64,000 nt of DNA from an uncultured Gemmatimonadales bacterium (GTDB taxonomy: Bacteria; Gemmatimonadota; Gemmatimonadetes; Gemmatimonadales; GWC2-71-9), in NCBI GenBank assembly GCA_963748815.1, contig CAVVKJ010000014.1:64001-128000 (forward strand), given 5' to 3'. The position numbers were made by a program, and so were the translations under genes. Shown in pieces: positions 14,876 through 25,486 of the stretch. Position 1 is the stretch's first letter. Each line of letters begins with the position of its first letter. The notes under the pieces were generated by a model. The model searched no databases. It was not told where the DNA came from and saw nothing but the letters and a program-made list of their open reading frames with translations.

Positions 14876-17062
14876 CCGCTCCGACGCTCGACCTCGCCCC
14901 CGAACTTCGTGCCGTGCTGGCGAAGCACGCCGACCGCCTCGATCTGGACCTGATCGAGCGGGCGCTGCGCTTCAGCACCTCGGCGCATCACGGCCAGAAG
15001 CGGGCGTCCGGCGAGGAGTTCATTTCCCACAGCATCGCCGTGGCCATGATCCTGGCGGAGCAGCTGCCCGACTCGACCTCGATCGCGGCGGCGCTCCTCC
15101 ACGACGTGGTCGAGGATTCCGACGTCGGCGTCGAGGACATCGCCCGCGACTTCGGCCCCGAGGTCGGCGTCATCGTCGACGGCCTGACCAAGATTTCGCA
15201 CCTCACCTTCCGCTCCACCGCCGAGGAGCAGGTCGAGAACTACCGCAAGCTGCTGCTGTCGATCGCCAAGGACGCGCGGGTCATCATCATCAAGCTCGCC
15301 GACCGCCTGCACAACATGCGGACGCTCGAGCATCTCGAGCCCGCAGAAGCGCGCCCGGATCGCCACGGAGACGCGGGAAATCTACGCGCCGCTGGCGCAT
15401 CGCTTCGGCATGGCGCGGCATGAAGGCCGAACTCGAGGACCTCGCCTTCCGGTTCCTGGAGCCGGAGGAGTACAAGGCGCTCTCGGAGCAGGTCGCGGCC
15501 GAGCGCGAGGCGCGCGAGCAGATGATCGACCGGCTCCGCCGGCCGCTGGAGGACGAACTCAAGCGGGCGGGGATCGCCGCCGAGGTGACGGGGCGCCCGA
15601 AGCACCTCTGGTCCATCGAGCAGAAGATGAAGCGGCGCGGCAAGCCGTTCGACGAGATCTACGACCTGATGGCGGTCCGCGTCATCGTGGCGACCGTCCC
15701 GGAGTGCTACCACGTCCTGGGCATCATCCACCACAACTGGACGCCGCTGCAGGAGCGCATCAAGGACTACATCGCCAGCCCCAAGTCCAACGCCTACCAG
15801 TCGCTGCACACCACCATCTTCGGGCCCGGGGGCGAGCTCTTCGAGGTGCAGATCCGCACCAAGGAGATGCACCGCACGGCGGAGTACGGCATCGCCGCGC
15901 ACTGGGTGTACAAGAACGAGGGCAAGGGCGACGACGAACTCGACCAGGCGCTCGGCTGGTTCCGCCAGCTCCTCGAACTGCAGCAGGACACCCACACCCC
16001 CGAGGAGTTCCTCGAGTTCCTCAAGGTGGACCTGTACCAGGACGAGATCTTCATGTTCACGCCGCAGGGGGACGTGAAGCGGCTCCCCAAGGGTGCCACG
16101 CCGATCGACTTCGCCTTCCACGTGCACACCGAGGTCGGCCTCAAGTGCCAGGGCGCCAAGATCAACGGCCGGATCGCGCCGCTGCATCGCGAACTGAAGA
16201 ACGGCGACACCGTGGAGATTCTCACCAGCCAGCACGCCCGGCCGAGCCGCGACTGGCTCAACCACGTGCATACCGCGCGCGCGCGGCACAAGATCAAGCA
16301 GTGGATCCGGGAGGAGGAGGAGTCGGTCAGCCTGCAGATGGGCCGAGAGATTCTCGCCCGCGAGACGCGACGCCGCCGGCTCGACGCGCCGGCGCCGGAG
16401 CAGCTCGAGCGCGGCGCCGTCGCCCTCGGCCTCCACAGCGGGACGGCGCTCGAGATCGCGATCGGCCGGGGCGACGTGGCCATCGGGCAGGTCTTCCGGG
16501 TGCTCTATCCCGACCGGCCGCCGGATGAACTCGCAGGACCCGAAGCCGACCGTCTTCGGCCGCCTGGTGGACCGGATCCGCCTCGGCCGCGGCATCAAGA
16601 TTCACGGGGTCGACGGCCTCATGGTGCGGTACGCCCAGTGCTGCCAGCCGGTGCCGGGCGATCCGGTGTCGGGCTACGTGACGCAGGGCCGGGGCATCTC
16701 GATTCACCGCGCCGACTGTCCCAACCTGCTGACGCTGAGCTCCGAGGGGCGGCGGGTGGACATCGACTGGCAGGAGGTGGAGGGCGAGGCCTTCTCGGTG
16801 CGGCTGGCGCTCTCAGGGGAGGATCGGCGGGGGCTCTACGCCGACATCATGTCGGCCATCAGTTCCACCGGCACCAACATCCGGTCGGCGCGATATCCAT
16901 ACCAAGGACGGCACCGTCTTCGGCACCGTCTTCGTCGAGGTCGACAACATCGCGCATCTCGCGAAGGTGCTGAAGGCGGTGCGGCGGGTCAAAGGCGTCG
17001 TCGAGGTGGAGCGCCGGGAGGCGCCGGGGCCGGCAGGGCCGGGGGGCAGCGGGGCGGCCTAG
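14872..17062 (+). CDS. relA: Bifunctional (p)ppGpp synthetase/hydrolase Rel/SpoT; four +1 frameshifts (~15343, 15416, 16533, 16891)
   Basis: AALLHDVVED, IKLADRLHNMRTL, KDYIASPKSNAYQSLHT, EVQIRT, TGS (DFAFHVHT), CC (AQCCQPVPGD), ACT domain ending at TAG 17060-17062. Confidence 0.93.
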
Positions 17063-17901
17063 TTCCCGATCACACAGCGCGTTGGATTCCCGGACTCATA
17101 GCCGCGCATGAACCACTCGCTGCGCTGCGCCGCCGAGCCGTGGGTGAAGGCGTCCGGGTTCACGTACCCGCCCCCCATCCGCTGGATGCGATCGTCGCCC
17201 ACCGCCGCCGCCGCCGCCAGCCCCTCCTCGATGTCGCCCCCCTCCAGCAGCCCCCGCGATCGGGCCGAACTGGCCCAGATGCCGGCATAGCAGTCGGCCT
17301 GGAGCTCCAGCGCGACGGAGTAGGCGTTGGCCCGCGACGGGTCGCGCTGCTGGGCGCGGCGCATCTCGGCCTCGGTGCCGATGAGGTGCTGGACATGATG
17401 CCCGATCTCGTGGGCCAGCACGTAGGCCTGGGCAAAGTCGCCGGGCGCGCCGAAGCGGTCCCGCAACTCGTCGTAGAACCCGAGGTCGATGTAGACTTGC
17501 GAGTCGCCGGGGCAGTAGAAGGGGCCGGTGGCCGATTGCGCGTAGCCACAGGCGGACTGTACGCCGTCGCGGAAGAGGACCAGCCGCGCGTCGCCATACT
17601 GGGCGTCGCTGCCAGCGAAGATGGTCGCCCACGTCTGCTGGGCGTCGTCGAGTACGTAGGAAATGAACTGCTTCGTCGAGTCCTCGGCCGGCGAGGAAAC
17701 GGGATCCGAACCCGCCGTGACCGACGGCTGGTCGTCCGCAAACCCTCCGGCCAGGGAGAGAAAGTCCCGCTTGAAGACGATGCTCAGGATGAGCAGGATG
17801 ACGATGCCGCCGAGACCGAGCCGGCCCCCCGGCATCCGCCCGCCTCCGCGGCCCCGGCGGTCCTCGACGTTGGAACTCTGATAGCCACGCTGCCACTTCA
17901 T
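17059..17901 (-). CDS. YpfJ-like neutral zinc metallopeptidase
   Basis: SSNVEDRRG, single TM, GPFYCPGD, YVLAHEIGHHVQ (HExxH), ELQADCYAG, FTHGSAAQR. Confidence 0.9.
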   Translation of the reverse strand: MKWQRGYQSSNVEDRRGRGGGRMPGGRLGLGGIVILLILSIVFKRDFLSLAGGFADDQPSVTAGSDPVSSPAEDSTKQFISYVLDDAQQTWATIFAGSDAQYGDARLVLFRDGVQSACGYAQSATGPFYCPGDSQVYIDLGFYDELRDRFGAPGDFAQAYVLAHEIGHHVQHLIGTEAEMRRAQQRDPSRANAYSVALELQADCYAGIWASSARSRGLLEGGDIEEGLAAAAAVGDDRIQRMGGGYVNPDAFTHGSAAQRSEWFMRGYESGNPTRCVIGN

Positions 17902-17945
17902 GCCGGGATCTCCGCTCGCGGGTAGGGCGCCCCAGGGAATCGACG

Positions 17946-18341
17946 ATGCCTCAATATTGGCTGATCAAGACCGAGCCGTCCACCTATTCGTTCGACGACC
18001 TTGCGCGGGAACAGGTCACGACCTGGGACGGCATCAAGAACGCGCTCGCGCTCATCCACCTCCGCGCGATGCAGCCCGGCGACGGCCTCCTGATTTATCA
18101 CTCCGGGAAGGAAAAGGCGATCGTGGGGCGGGGGAGCGTCGTGGCCCCGCCGCGCACCAGCGGGAAGGTGACAGTGGTGGACGTGCGATGCGAGGCGCGC
18201 CTGGCGTCGCCGGTCACGCTGGCGCAAATCAAACGGGAGCCCGGCCTGGCCGGGCTCCCGCTGATCCGCAACACCCGGCTCTCCGTCATGCCTGTCACCG
18301 CCGACGAATGGGAGGCGGTGAACCGGGTGGCGCGTGGATAG
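17946..18341 (+). CDS. EVE domain protein
   Basis: YWLIKTEPSTYSFDDL, WDGIKN, MQPGD..YHSG, RLSVMPV. Confidence 0.9.
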   Translation: MPQYWLIKTEPSTYSFDDLAREQVTTWDGIKNALALIHLRAMQPGDGLLIYHSGKEKAIVGRGSVVAPPRTSGKVTVVDVRCEARLASPVTLAQIKREPGLAGLPLIRNTRLSVMPVTADEWEAVNRVARG

Positions 18342-18359
18342 GCGCCTCTGCATGCCTGG

Positions 18360-19691
18360 TCAGATGCCGGTACAGCACGCCGTGCCGCAGCGCGACCAGG
18401 TCTTTGCGTCCGCTTCACTCCAGTTCCATCGGGCGGCGGCGGCCGGGATGACGTCACCGCCGTGGGTGCGACGCCGTACGCAGTAGTAGTACGGGTCACC
18501 CGCTGCCGGAGTGACTCGGCCCCACCAGGTGTCCTGGGAGTCGGGATCGATCCCCGTGCAGTGTTTGGCTCCCGCCGGTATGCTGCAGTCGCTCTGCGTC
18601 CCGTTGCAGATATCGACCCGGTTCATCCCGGCTTGCATTGGATACTTCGCGGAATACGTCGCATCCACGAATACGTAGGCGCTGGGTATCCAGGTGCTCC
18701 GGTAGGCGTCCACCGCGACCGAATCCAGCGCAGGCTGAGGAAAGACCACCCCCGAGACATCGGCCAGGATCAGCCGGCTATCCTCCGTCCGCAGGTCGAG
18801 ACGCTGGCGATCGGACCATCCCTTCACTGCCACCACGCGCAGCACTTCGTCCGGTGTGGCCTGGTGGACTCCCGATTTGGGGATGGGCACGACCGCCGCA
18901 AGGAACTCCGCCCCCTCCGCGGTGCCGTCGGCCGGGTCGGATGGCGCGAAGCCGGGCGCGCCAACCTCGCACCATGTGTCGCCGCACCGGATGCCGATGT
19001 ACTGCTGACGGTTCTTCTTGTCCCAGTCCCACCGCGCCACCGGAGGAATGTCCCGGGGCTTCAAGGGCGGAGGCGGCGCCACGGGGAGCACCTCGAGCTC
19101 GGTCCCGGCAAGGATGGCGCGACTCGCGGTGTCGATGGGAGCCAGGCACCGAGTCGGCTCCGATTCCACCGGCGGTTTGTCCCCGAGGGCGACGAGCGTG
19201 CCGTGCCAGGTACCGTCGTTCCAGAGGAAGAGGCAGTTGAATCCGGGCTTGATGCCGAGCGGGGCGTAGTCGTGGTCGGCGTCGAAGTTGTATAGGACAG
19301 CCACCGGAACGGCCTTGCCGTTGAGGGAGTCCCCTCGTGCAAAGGCGAGGTCAAGCTGGTTCGCGGCCCAGACCGCCACGAGCGGCCCGAAGGCCAGGCT
19401 GTCGCTGGACGGCGCCGACGCGAGCCCCGAAGTCGTCGCCGGGATGACGAATCGCTGGCAGTCATGGAACTCGGGCATGTCGGCAATCGGGCCGACCAGC
19501 GGAAGGCTCGAACCGGTGAGGCTGTCGTGCTCCGAGGTCCAAATGACCAGGTGGTCCTGCTGGCAGTCATTCTTCAACGATGTATCGGGTGGTTTGGGGG
19601 GCCAGGGGCAGGCGACCAAACCAAGCGCGGCCAATCCGGCCACTGTCCACCAGGTCCATCTGCTCGTGTTGGCACGTCCGCTTGTTCGCAT
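18360..19691 (-). CDS. Hypothetical Cys/Trp-rich lipoprotein with an internal two-fold domain duplication
   Basis: 443-aa ORF, lipobox LGLVAC, 14 Cys, duplicated DxQR...GxN...WxG...ARWxW...RCGxxxC pattern; 42 nt downstream of the kinase on the same strand. Confidence 0.75.
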   Translation of the reverse strand: MRTSGRANTSRWTWWTVAGLAALGLVACPWPPKPPDTSLKNDCQQDHLVIWTSEHDSLTGSSLPLVGPIADMPEFHDCQRFVIPATTSGLASAPSSDSLAFGPLVAVWAANQLDLAFARGDSLNGKAVPVAVLYNFDADHDYAPLGIKPGFNCLFLWNDGTWHGTLVALGDKPPVESEPTRCLAPIDTASRAILAGTELEVLPVAPPPPLKPRDIPPVARWDWDKKNRQQYIGIRCGDTWCEVGAPGFAPSDPADGTAEGAEFLAAVVPIPKSGVHQATPDEVLRVVAVKGWSDRQRLDLRTEDSRLILADVSGVVFPQPALDSVAVDAYRSTWIPSAYVFVDATYSAKYPMQAGMNRVDICNGTQSDCSIPAGAKHCTGIDPDSQDTWWGRVTPAAGDPYYYCVRRRTHGGDVIPAAAARWNWSEADAKTWSRCGTACCTGI

Positions 19692-19733
19692 CGATCCCCC
19701 CGGGATAAGAGGCTGTTGGCGTGATTCCGGTAT

Positions 19734-22700
19734 TCAGTGGGTGAGCGCCTTCATTTCCTCGACGAGCGGTTGCAGGAAGTCGTCCGCGCCCGACCACAGG
19801 GCGAGCACCGCCTGGGCCCAGGCCCTTGCCGCGACACGATCTCCCTCCCGCTCCGCCAGCCTGGCGCGAAGCGCCATCGCCCGCACCAGCGGCCCCGCCT
19901 GATAGACCTCGAGAAAGAGCTGGGGTGGTGTCCGGGGGAGGGCGGTCAGGATCGGGTCGAGCCACGCCACCGCCGAACCGTCGTCACCCAGCTCGGCCAT
20001 CAACCACGCCGTGCCATAGCCGAGGTCGATGGTCCGCTCGCCCGGCTGATCCGGAGGCCTCATGGCGACATGCGGGGCCAGCGCCCGTCGGGCGCCCGGC
20101 AAGTCGCCGCGGAGGAACGCCGCATCGGCGTTCAGGAGGCCCGTGCCCGCGCCGGCCAGCTGCTCGACTTCCGGAAACTGAAACGCGGGAAAGCCGACGA
20201 GGATCGGGAGGTGGAGCCACATCTCCTCGGCCCGGGAGCGGACCTCCGGGTCGACGGACGCCTCGAGCGCTCGGCCTACCTGGGGCGCAAGCACCCGCAG
20301 GCTGTCGACCGGGCCGCCCATGGACGCGTAGGTGAGAAAGGTGATGCCGATGCCGACCAGCGCCGGCGGCGTGTCCGGGCGGGCCCGACTGGAAATGCTC
20401 CGACCCAGGCGTGCCGCCAGGTGGGCCCGGCCGGTGAGTGCCGCCAGGCTGGCCAGGAGCATCGGCTCCACGGAGCCGTCCGTCGGGGCGTGATCGAGCA
20501 GGGAATCGGCAAGCCGTCGCGCGGCGCGAAGTTCCCAGAAGCCCGCGGGGGCGTTGAACAGGACGCGCATCCAGACTTCCGAGGTGGCGACCCGGATGGT
20601 CTCGCCCGGATTCCGCGCCAGCCGCCGTGCCTGCTCAAGGGTGTCGAGCGCCGAGCGATCCCCGAGCAATTGGAGCGAGACCGCGAGCGCCTGCAGGGCA
20701 TCGGCATTGGACGGGTAGGCGGCGACCCAGCCGCGTGCGATGTCGTAGAGACGCTGCCGCTGGTGGCGGATCGCCTCACGGGTGGTCGGATCGCCCGACG
20801 TCACGATCTCCGTCCCCGCCGCCCACTCGATGGGGAACAGCACGAGGGTGTCCCCCTGCCACGAGGGGAATGCGTAGAACTTCGCGGGGTCTGGCGGCGG
20901 TCCCTCGCCGCGCCGAAAATCGGTGCCGCTCGCCAGCAGCAGGTGGACCATCTTCGAATACGATTCGGTGCGGAGATCCTTGAGAATGGAAGGGAGGAGC
21001 GCATAGGCTTGCTCAAAGGCGCGCAGCGCGGCGTGGTAACTGGACCGGAATCGCCAGGTGGTGGGCGACCGGGGGTCTCGCACCACGACCCGGTCCTGCT
21101 GCAGGCAGACAGCCAGGCCGTACCAGACGACAAAGTCGAAGGCGTGCGCGGTGGTCAACGCCTCCCATCGTTCGCACGCGGCGAGAATATCGCCCTGGGC
21201 CTGCGCCAGGACGGCCTCGGCGATCTCGCGGTCACGGATTGACAGGTCGCTCCGGGCGGCCACCGCGCGTTCGGCCGACGACCGCCAGGTGGCGGGTGCG
21301 GATGGATCCACCCAGAGGCGCACGAGGGCGAGCCAGAGGTGGGCCTGGGCGTATGCGGGATCAAACCGCAGGGCGGCGACGAAATGCGAATCTGCGGCGG
21401 TGAGATTCCAGTCGTTAATCGCGGAAGTCCCTTCCTCGAACGCCTGGCGGGCCGGCAGCGAGGTCGTCCGGCCCGCCGGCTGATAGCCGCCGGTGACCCC
21501 CGCATTCACCAGGAGCCGTTCGCCCAGTTCGGTGAACGCGGCATCTCGGCCGTTGAGATCGGCGGGGATGCGCACCGCATGCTCCCGGAGCACCGGGTTG
21601 ACACTCCCGGGCGCCACGCTGTACAGGACCGCGTGGATGCGGATCGAATCGCCGATCCGGGAGGCGTCGGCACGGATGTACCGTCCGGCCCCCAGCTGCG
21701 CCGCAAAGCGGTCCCACTCCCGGCGGGAATAGCCGGCGGTGTCGCGCCGGGCGACGGCCTCGCGGACCTGGAACGGATCGACCACGTGAATGCCGTTCCA
21801 CCGGCCCAGGGCGTCCTGGAGCAGGAGGGAGGGATGCAGCAGCTCAGGGACGCCGGAGTCTTCGCTGAACGAGACGATCGCGTACCGGGTGGTGTCGAGC
21901 GCGGCCGCGGCACTTTCGGCGCGGCGCTGCGCGGCCCCGCCGCCGGCGAGGTACCAGGCGCCGGCGACCCCGACGCCCGCCAGGAGGAGGAACCCCCACG
22001 TGCGCCGGCGCGCGGAGGGCGGGCGCGACCGCAGCGTCGTCGGCTCCCAGCCCCCGGAGGCCGTCGGCTGCAGGGCCTCGATGAACTCGCCCGCGGTCGC
22101 AAACCGGTCCGCCGGAGATTTCTCCAGCGCGCGCATCACCGTCCGCTCGACCGACAGCGGCACCGAGGCGCGGATGGTGCGGAGCGACGGCACCTGGTCC
22201 ATCCGGTGCCGCGCCAGCACCGCGTGCGGGCTGATGCCGGTGAACGGCGGCTCCCCGCCGAGCATCTCGTACAGGACGCAGCCGAGGGAGTAGAGGTCGC
22301 TCCGTCCATCGAGATCCGGCTCACCGCCTGCCTGCTCGGGCGACATGTATGCCGGCGTGCCGATGACGAGGCCGGCACTCGTCACCGCGTCCGGATCGAC
22401 CGCCTCCCGCACCGCGCGGGCGATGCCGAAGTCGGCCACCACGGCGTGCCCGTCCATCAGGAGGATGTTGCCCGGCTTGATGTCGCGGTGCACCACGCCG
22501 CGCCCATGCGCGTGCCCCAGCGCGGCGGCCACCTCACGCGCGATCTGGAGCGACTCGTCGAGCGGCAGCTGCTTCTCCCGGAGCAGGCGCTCGCGCAGCG
22601 TCTCCCCTTCGACGTACGGCATGGTGTAGTACGGCAGCGCCGGCGACTCGTCGGTTGGCGGAATGGTGCCCGAGTCGAGCAGCGGCAGGATGTTCGGGTG

Positions 22701-22913
22701 GGTCAGGTCGGAGGAAATGCGGATTTCTCGGAGGAAGCGCCCCCGGGTCATCACCCCGGCGAGCTCAGGGCGGAGGACCTTGATCGCGACGTGGCGGGGA
22801 TGCTTGAGCTCGCGGGCGAGGTAGACCGTGGCCATCCCCCCGCGGCCCAGCTCCCGTTCGAGCTGGTACGTGTCGGCCAGCGCACGCTGAAGGGAACTGA
22901 AGAGATCGTCCAC
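19734..22913 (-). CDS. Membrane-anchored Hanks-type Ser/Thr protein kinase with a large C-terminal TPR/helical region
   Basis: LGRGGMATVYLA, VAIKVL, HRDIKPGNILL, DFGIAR, GTPAYMSPEQ, DGRSDLYSLG; TM GFLLLAGVGVAGAWYL; GTG at 22913 preceded by GGAGG. Confidence 0.9.
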   Translation of the reverse strand: MDDLFSSLQRALADTYQLERELGRGGMATVYLARELKHPRHVAIKVLRPELAGVMTRGRFLREIRISSDLTHPNILPLLDSGTIPPTDESPALPYYTMPYVEGETLRERLLREKQLPLDESLQIAREVAAALGHAHGRGVVHRDIKPGNILLMDGHAVVADFGIARAVREAVDPDAVTSAGLVIGTPAYMSPEQAGGEPDLDGRSDLYSLGCVLYEMLGGEPPFTGISPHAVLARHRMDQVPSLRTIRASVPLSVERTVMRALEKSPADRFATAGEFIEALQPTASGGWEPTTLRSRPPSARRRTWGFLLLAGVGVAGAWYLAGGGAAQRRAESAAAALDTTRYAIVSFSEDSGVPELLHPSLLLQDALGRWNGIHVVDPFQVREAVARRDTAGYSRREWDRFAAQLGAGRYIRADASRIGDSIRIHAVLYSVAPGSVNPVLREHAVRIPADLNGRDAAFTELGERLLVNAGVTGGYQPAGRTTSLPARQAFEEGTSAINDWNLTAADSHFVAALRFDPAYAQAHLWLALVRLWVDPSAPATWRSSAERAVAARSDLSIRDREIAEAVLAQAQGDILAACERWEALTTAHAFDFVVWYGLAVCLQQDRVVVRDPRSPTTWRFRSSYHAALRAFEQAYALLPSILKDLRTESYSKMVHLLLASGTDFRRGEGPPPDPAKFYAFPSWQGDTLVLFPIEWAAGTEIVTSGDPTTREAIRHQRQRLYDIARGWVAAYPSNADALQALAVSLQLLGDRSALDTLEQARRLARNPGETIRVATSEVWMRVLFNAPAGFWELRAARRLADSLLDHAPTDGSVEPMLLASLAALTGRAHLAARLGRSISSRARPDTPPALVGIGITFLTYASMGGPVDSLRVLAPQVGRALEASVDPEVRSRAEEMWLHLPILVGFPAFQFPEVEQLAGAGTGLLNADAAFLRGDLPGARRALAPHVAMRPPDQPGERTIDLGYGTAWLMAELGDDGSAVAWLDPILTALPRTPPQLFLEVYQAGPLVRAMALRARLAEREGDRVAARAWAQAVLALWSGADDFLQPLVEEMKALTH

Positions 22914-22995
22914 CCCGGCACCTCCATCCCGGCTACCATACCGTCCGTTCGAAATTCGGGCAAGCGGACCGGAGCGGTGATGCAACGCCCCGACC

Positions 22996-23025
22996 CTACC
23001 GAACATTTCCCGAAAGTGCTAGATT
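22996..23025 (+). promoter_or_regulatory. uvrB promoter: extended -10 plus candidate SOS operator
   Basis: CTACCGAACATTTCCCGAAA (22996-23015), then TG-C-TAGATT (23017-23025), ending 6 nt before the ATG. Confidence 0.5.
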
Positions 23026-23031
23026 TGGCGG

Positions 23032-25078
23032 ATGGCTACCACCCTGTTCAAGGTCGAGGCGCCGTTCGAACCCGCGGGCGACCAGCCCCGCGCCATCGAG
23101 GAGCTCACCGCCGGGCTGCGCCGGGGCGATGCCTACCAGACGCTCCTCGGCGTGACCGGCTCCGGCAAGACGATGACCCTCGCGAACGTCATCGCCGCCT
23201 ACGGCCGCCCGACCCTGGTCCTCTCCCACAACAAGACCCTCGCCGCGCAGCTCTACGGCGAATTGCGCCAGTTCCTGCCCACCAACGCGGTGGAGTACTT
23301 CGTCTCGTACTACGACTACTACCAGCCCGAGGCCTACGTCCCGAGCTCCGACGTCTACATCGAGAAGGATGCCTCGATCAACGAGGACATCGAGCGGCTG
23401 CGGCTCCGCGCCACCTCCAGCCTCATCGAGCGGGAAGACGTCGTGATCGTCGCCACCGTCAGCGCCATTTACGGCCTCGGTGATCCGGTCGAGTACCGCG
23501 CCCAGATGGTCACGGTGGAGCAGGGGAGCGAACGGGGGCGGGATTCAATCCTCGAGGCGCTCGTCGCCATCCAGTACAGCCGGAACGACGTCAGCTTCGA
23601 GCCCGGCACCTTTCGCGTCCGGGGCGACACCGTCGAGATCTTCCCCGCCTACGAGGAGCGCGCCGTCCGCATCGAGCTCTGGGGCGACACGGTAGAGCGA
23701 ATCACCAAGATCAATCCGCTCACCGGCGAGGCGCTGCAGGCCATGCCGCGCTGCGCCATCTACCCGGCCAAGCATTTCGTGACGCAGCGGGCCAAGATCG
23801 AGCGCGCGGTGCGCATCATCCGCGAGGAACTCGCCGAGCGGCTCAAGGTGCTCCGTGAGGCTGGCAAGCTGCTCGAAGCGCAGCGGCTCGAGACCCGCAC
23901 CCACTTCGACATCGACATGCTGCTCGAGGTCGGCATCTGCTCCGGCATCGAGAACTACTCCCGCCACCTCAGCGGCCGCGCCGAGGGCGAACGCCCCGCC
24001 TGTCTCTTCGACTACTTCCCGCCGGAGTTCCTGGTGGTGGTGGACGAGTCGCACGTCACCCTGCCCGCAGATCGGCGGGATGTCGAACGGCGACCGGGCC
24101 CGGAAGGAAACGCTGGTCGAGTACGGCTTTCGCCTCCCGTCGGCGCTCGACAACCGCCCGCTCCGGTTCGACGAGTTCCTGGCCCTCGCCCCACAGATGA
24201 TCAACGTCTCGGCCACGCCGGGCGATCTCGAACTCAAGCTGTCGGGCGGCGCCATCGTCGAGCAGATCATCCGCCCCACCGGGCTCATCGATCCCCTGGT
24301 CGAGATCCGGCCGGTCAAGGGCCAGGTCGACGACCTGCTGCACGAAATCCGCGAACGCACCCGTCGCAAGGAGCGGGTGCTCGTGACCACCCTCACCAAG
24401 CGGATGTCCGAGGACCTCACCGACTATTTCCAGCAGCACGGGGTCGCGGTGCGCTATCTCCACTCCGACATCGACGCCATCGAGCGGATCGAGATCCTGC
24501 GCGGCCTCCGCCTTGGCGACTTCGACGTGCTGGTCGGCATCAACCTCCTCCGCGAGGGGCTCGACCTCCCGGAGGTGTCGCTGGTGGCCATTCTCGACGC
24601 CGACCAGGAGGGGTTCCTCCGCTCCGACCGTTCGCTGATCCAGACCGTCGGCCGGGCCGCCCGCCACCTCGGCGGGCTCGGCATCCTCTACGCCGACCGG
24701 ATCACCGGCTCGATGGAACGGGCGCTGCGCGAAATGGACCGGCGCCGCGCCATCCAGGTCGCCCACAACGAGGAGCACGGCATCACCCCGCGCTCCATCG
24801 TCAAGTCGTTCGAGCAGGTGCGGCTCTCCACCTACGTGGCCGACGCCCGCGCCGAGAAGGTCGAGCCGATCGCGGCGGGGTCGCTCGTGCGCGAGGACCT
24901 GCACGACCCGGCCGTCCGCGCCAAGACCATCGCGGCGCTGGAGCGGCAGATGAAGGAGGCGGCGGCCAACCTGGAGTTCGAGCTCGCGGCGCTCCTCCGC
25001 GACCAGGTGAACGACCTCAAGGCGTCGGGCGCTCCCGACGTCCGGCGGGACGGCGGTCGACGGCGGAGGTTCGCCTGA
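23032..25078 (+). CDS. uvrB: Excinuclease ABC subunit B; +1 frameshift at ~24067
   Basis: [36 protein letters not shown], then [29 protein letters not shown]-terminal UVR helix. Confidence 0.96.
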
Positions 25079-25486
25079 TGCGGGAGGTGACGGAGGCCCA
25101 GCTCGTGGCGGAGGGCGAGGAGCTGGGACGCACCCTCCCCCCCGGCGCCATTCTCACTCTTCGAGGGCGACCTCGGCGCCGGCAAGACCACCTTCATCCG
25201 CGCCATCGTGCGCGGCCTGGGCGTCGAGCCCCCCGCCACCAGCCCGACCTACGCGCTCGTGCACCGCTACGCCGGACGGCGGGGGCCGGTCTTCCACCTC
25301 GACTGCTACCGCCTCCGCGATCCCGAGGAGGCCGCCGACCTCGACTGGGAGTCGCTGCTCACCGACGGCGACGCCGTGCTCATCGAATGGCCCGAAAAGG
25401 CCGGCGCCTGGGTTCCCGAGCCGACCATGCGGTTCCGGCTGACGCATCTCGACGACCCGGGCCGCCGCGCGCTGGAGTCGTTCTGA
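25078..25486 (+). CDS. tsaE: tRNA t6A biosynthesis ATPase TsaE; +1 frameshift at ~25159
   Basis: After the shift [32 protein letters not shown]. Confidence 0.9.

Noticed and set aside
17946..18341. EVE gene as part of a modification-dependent restriction system
   Set aside because: Stand-alone EVE domain with no fused or adjacent nuclease. It is convergent with the kinase cassette.
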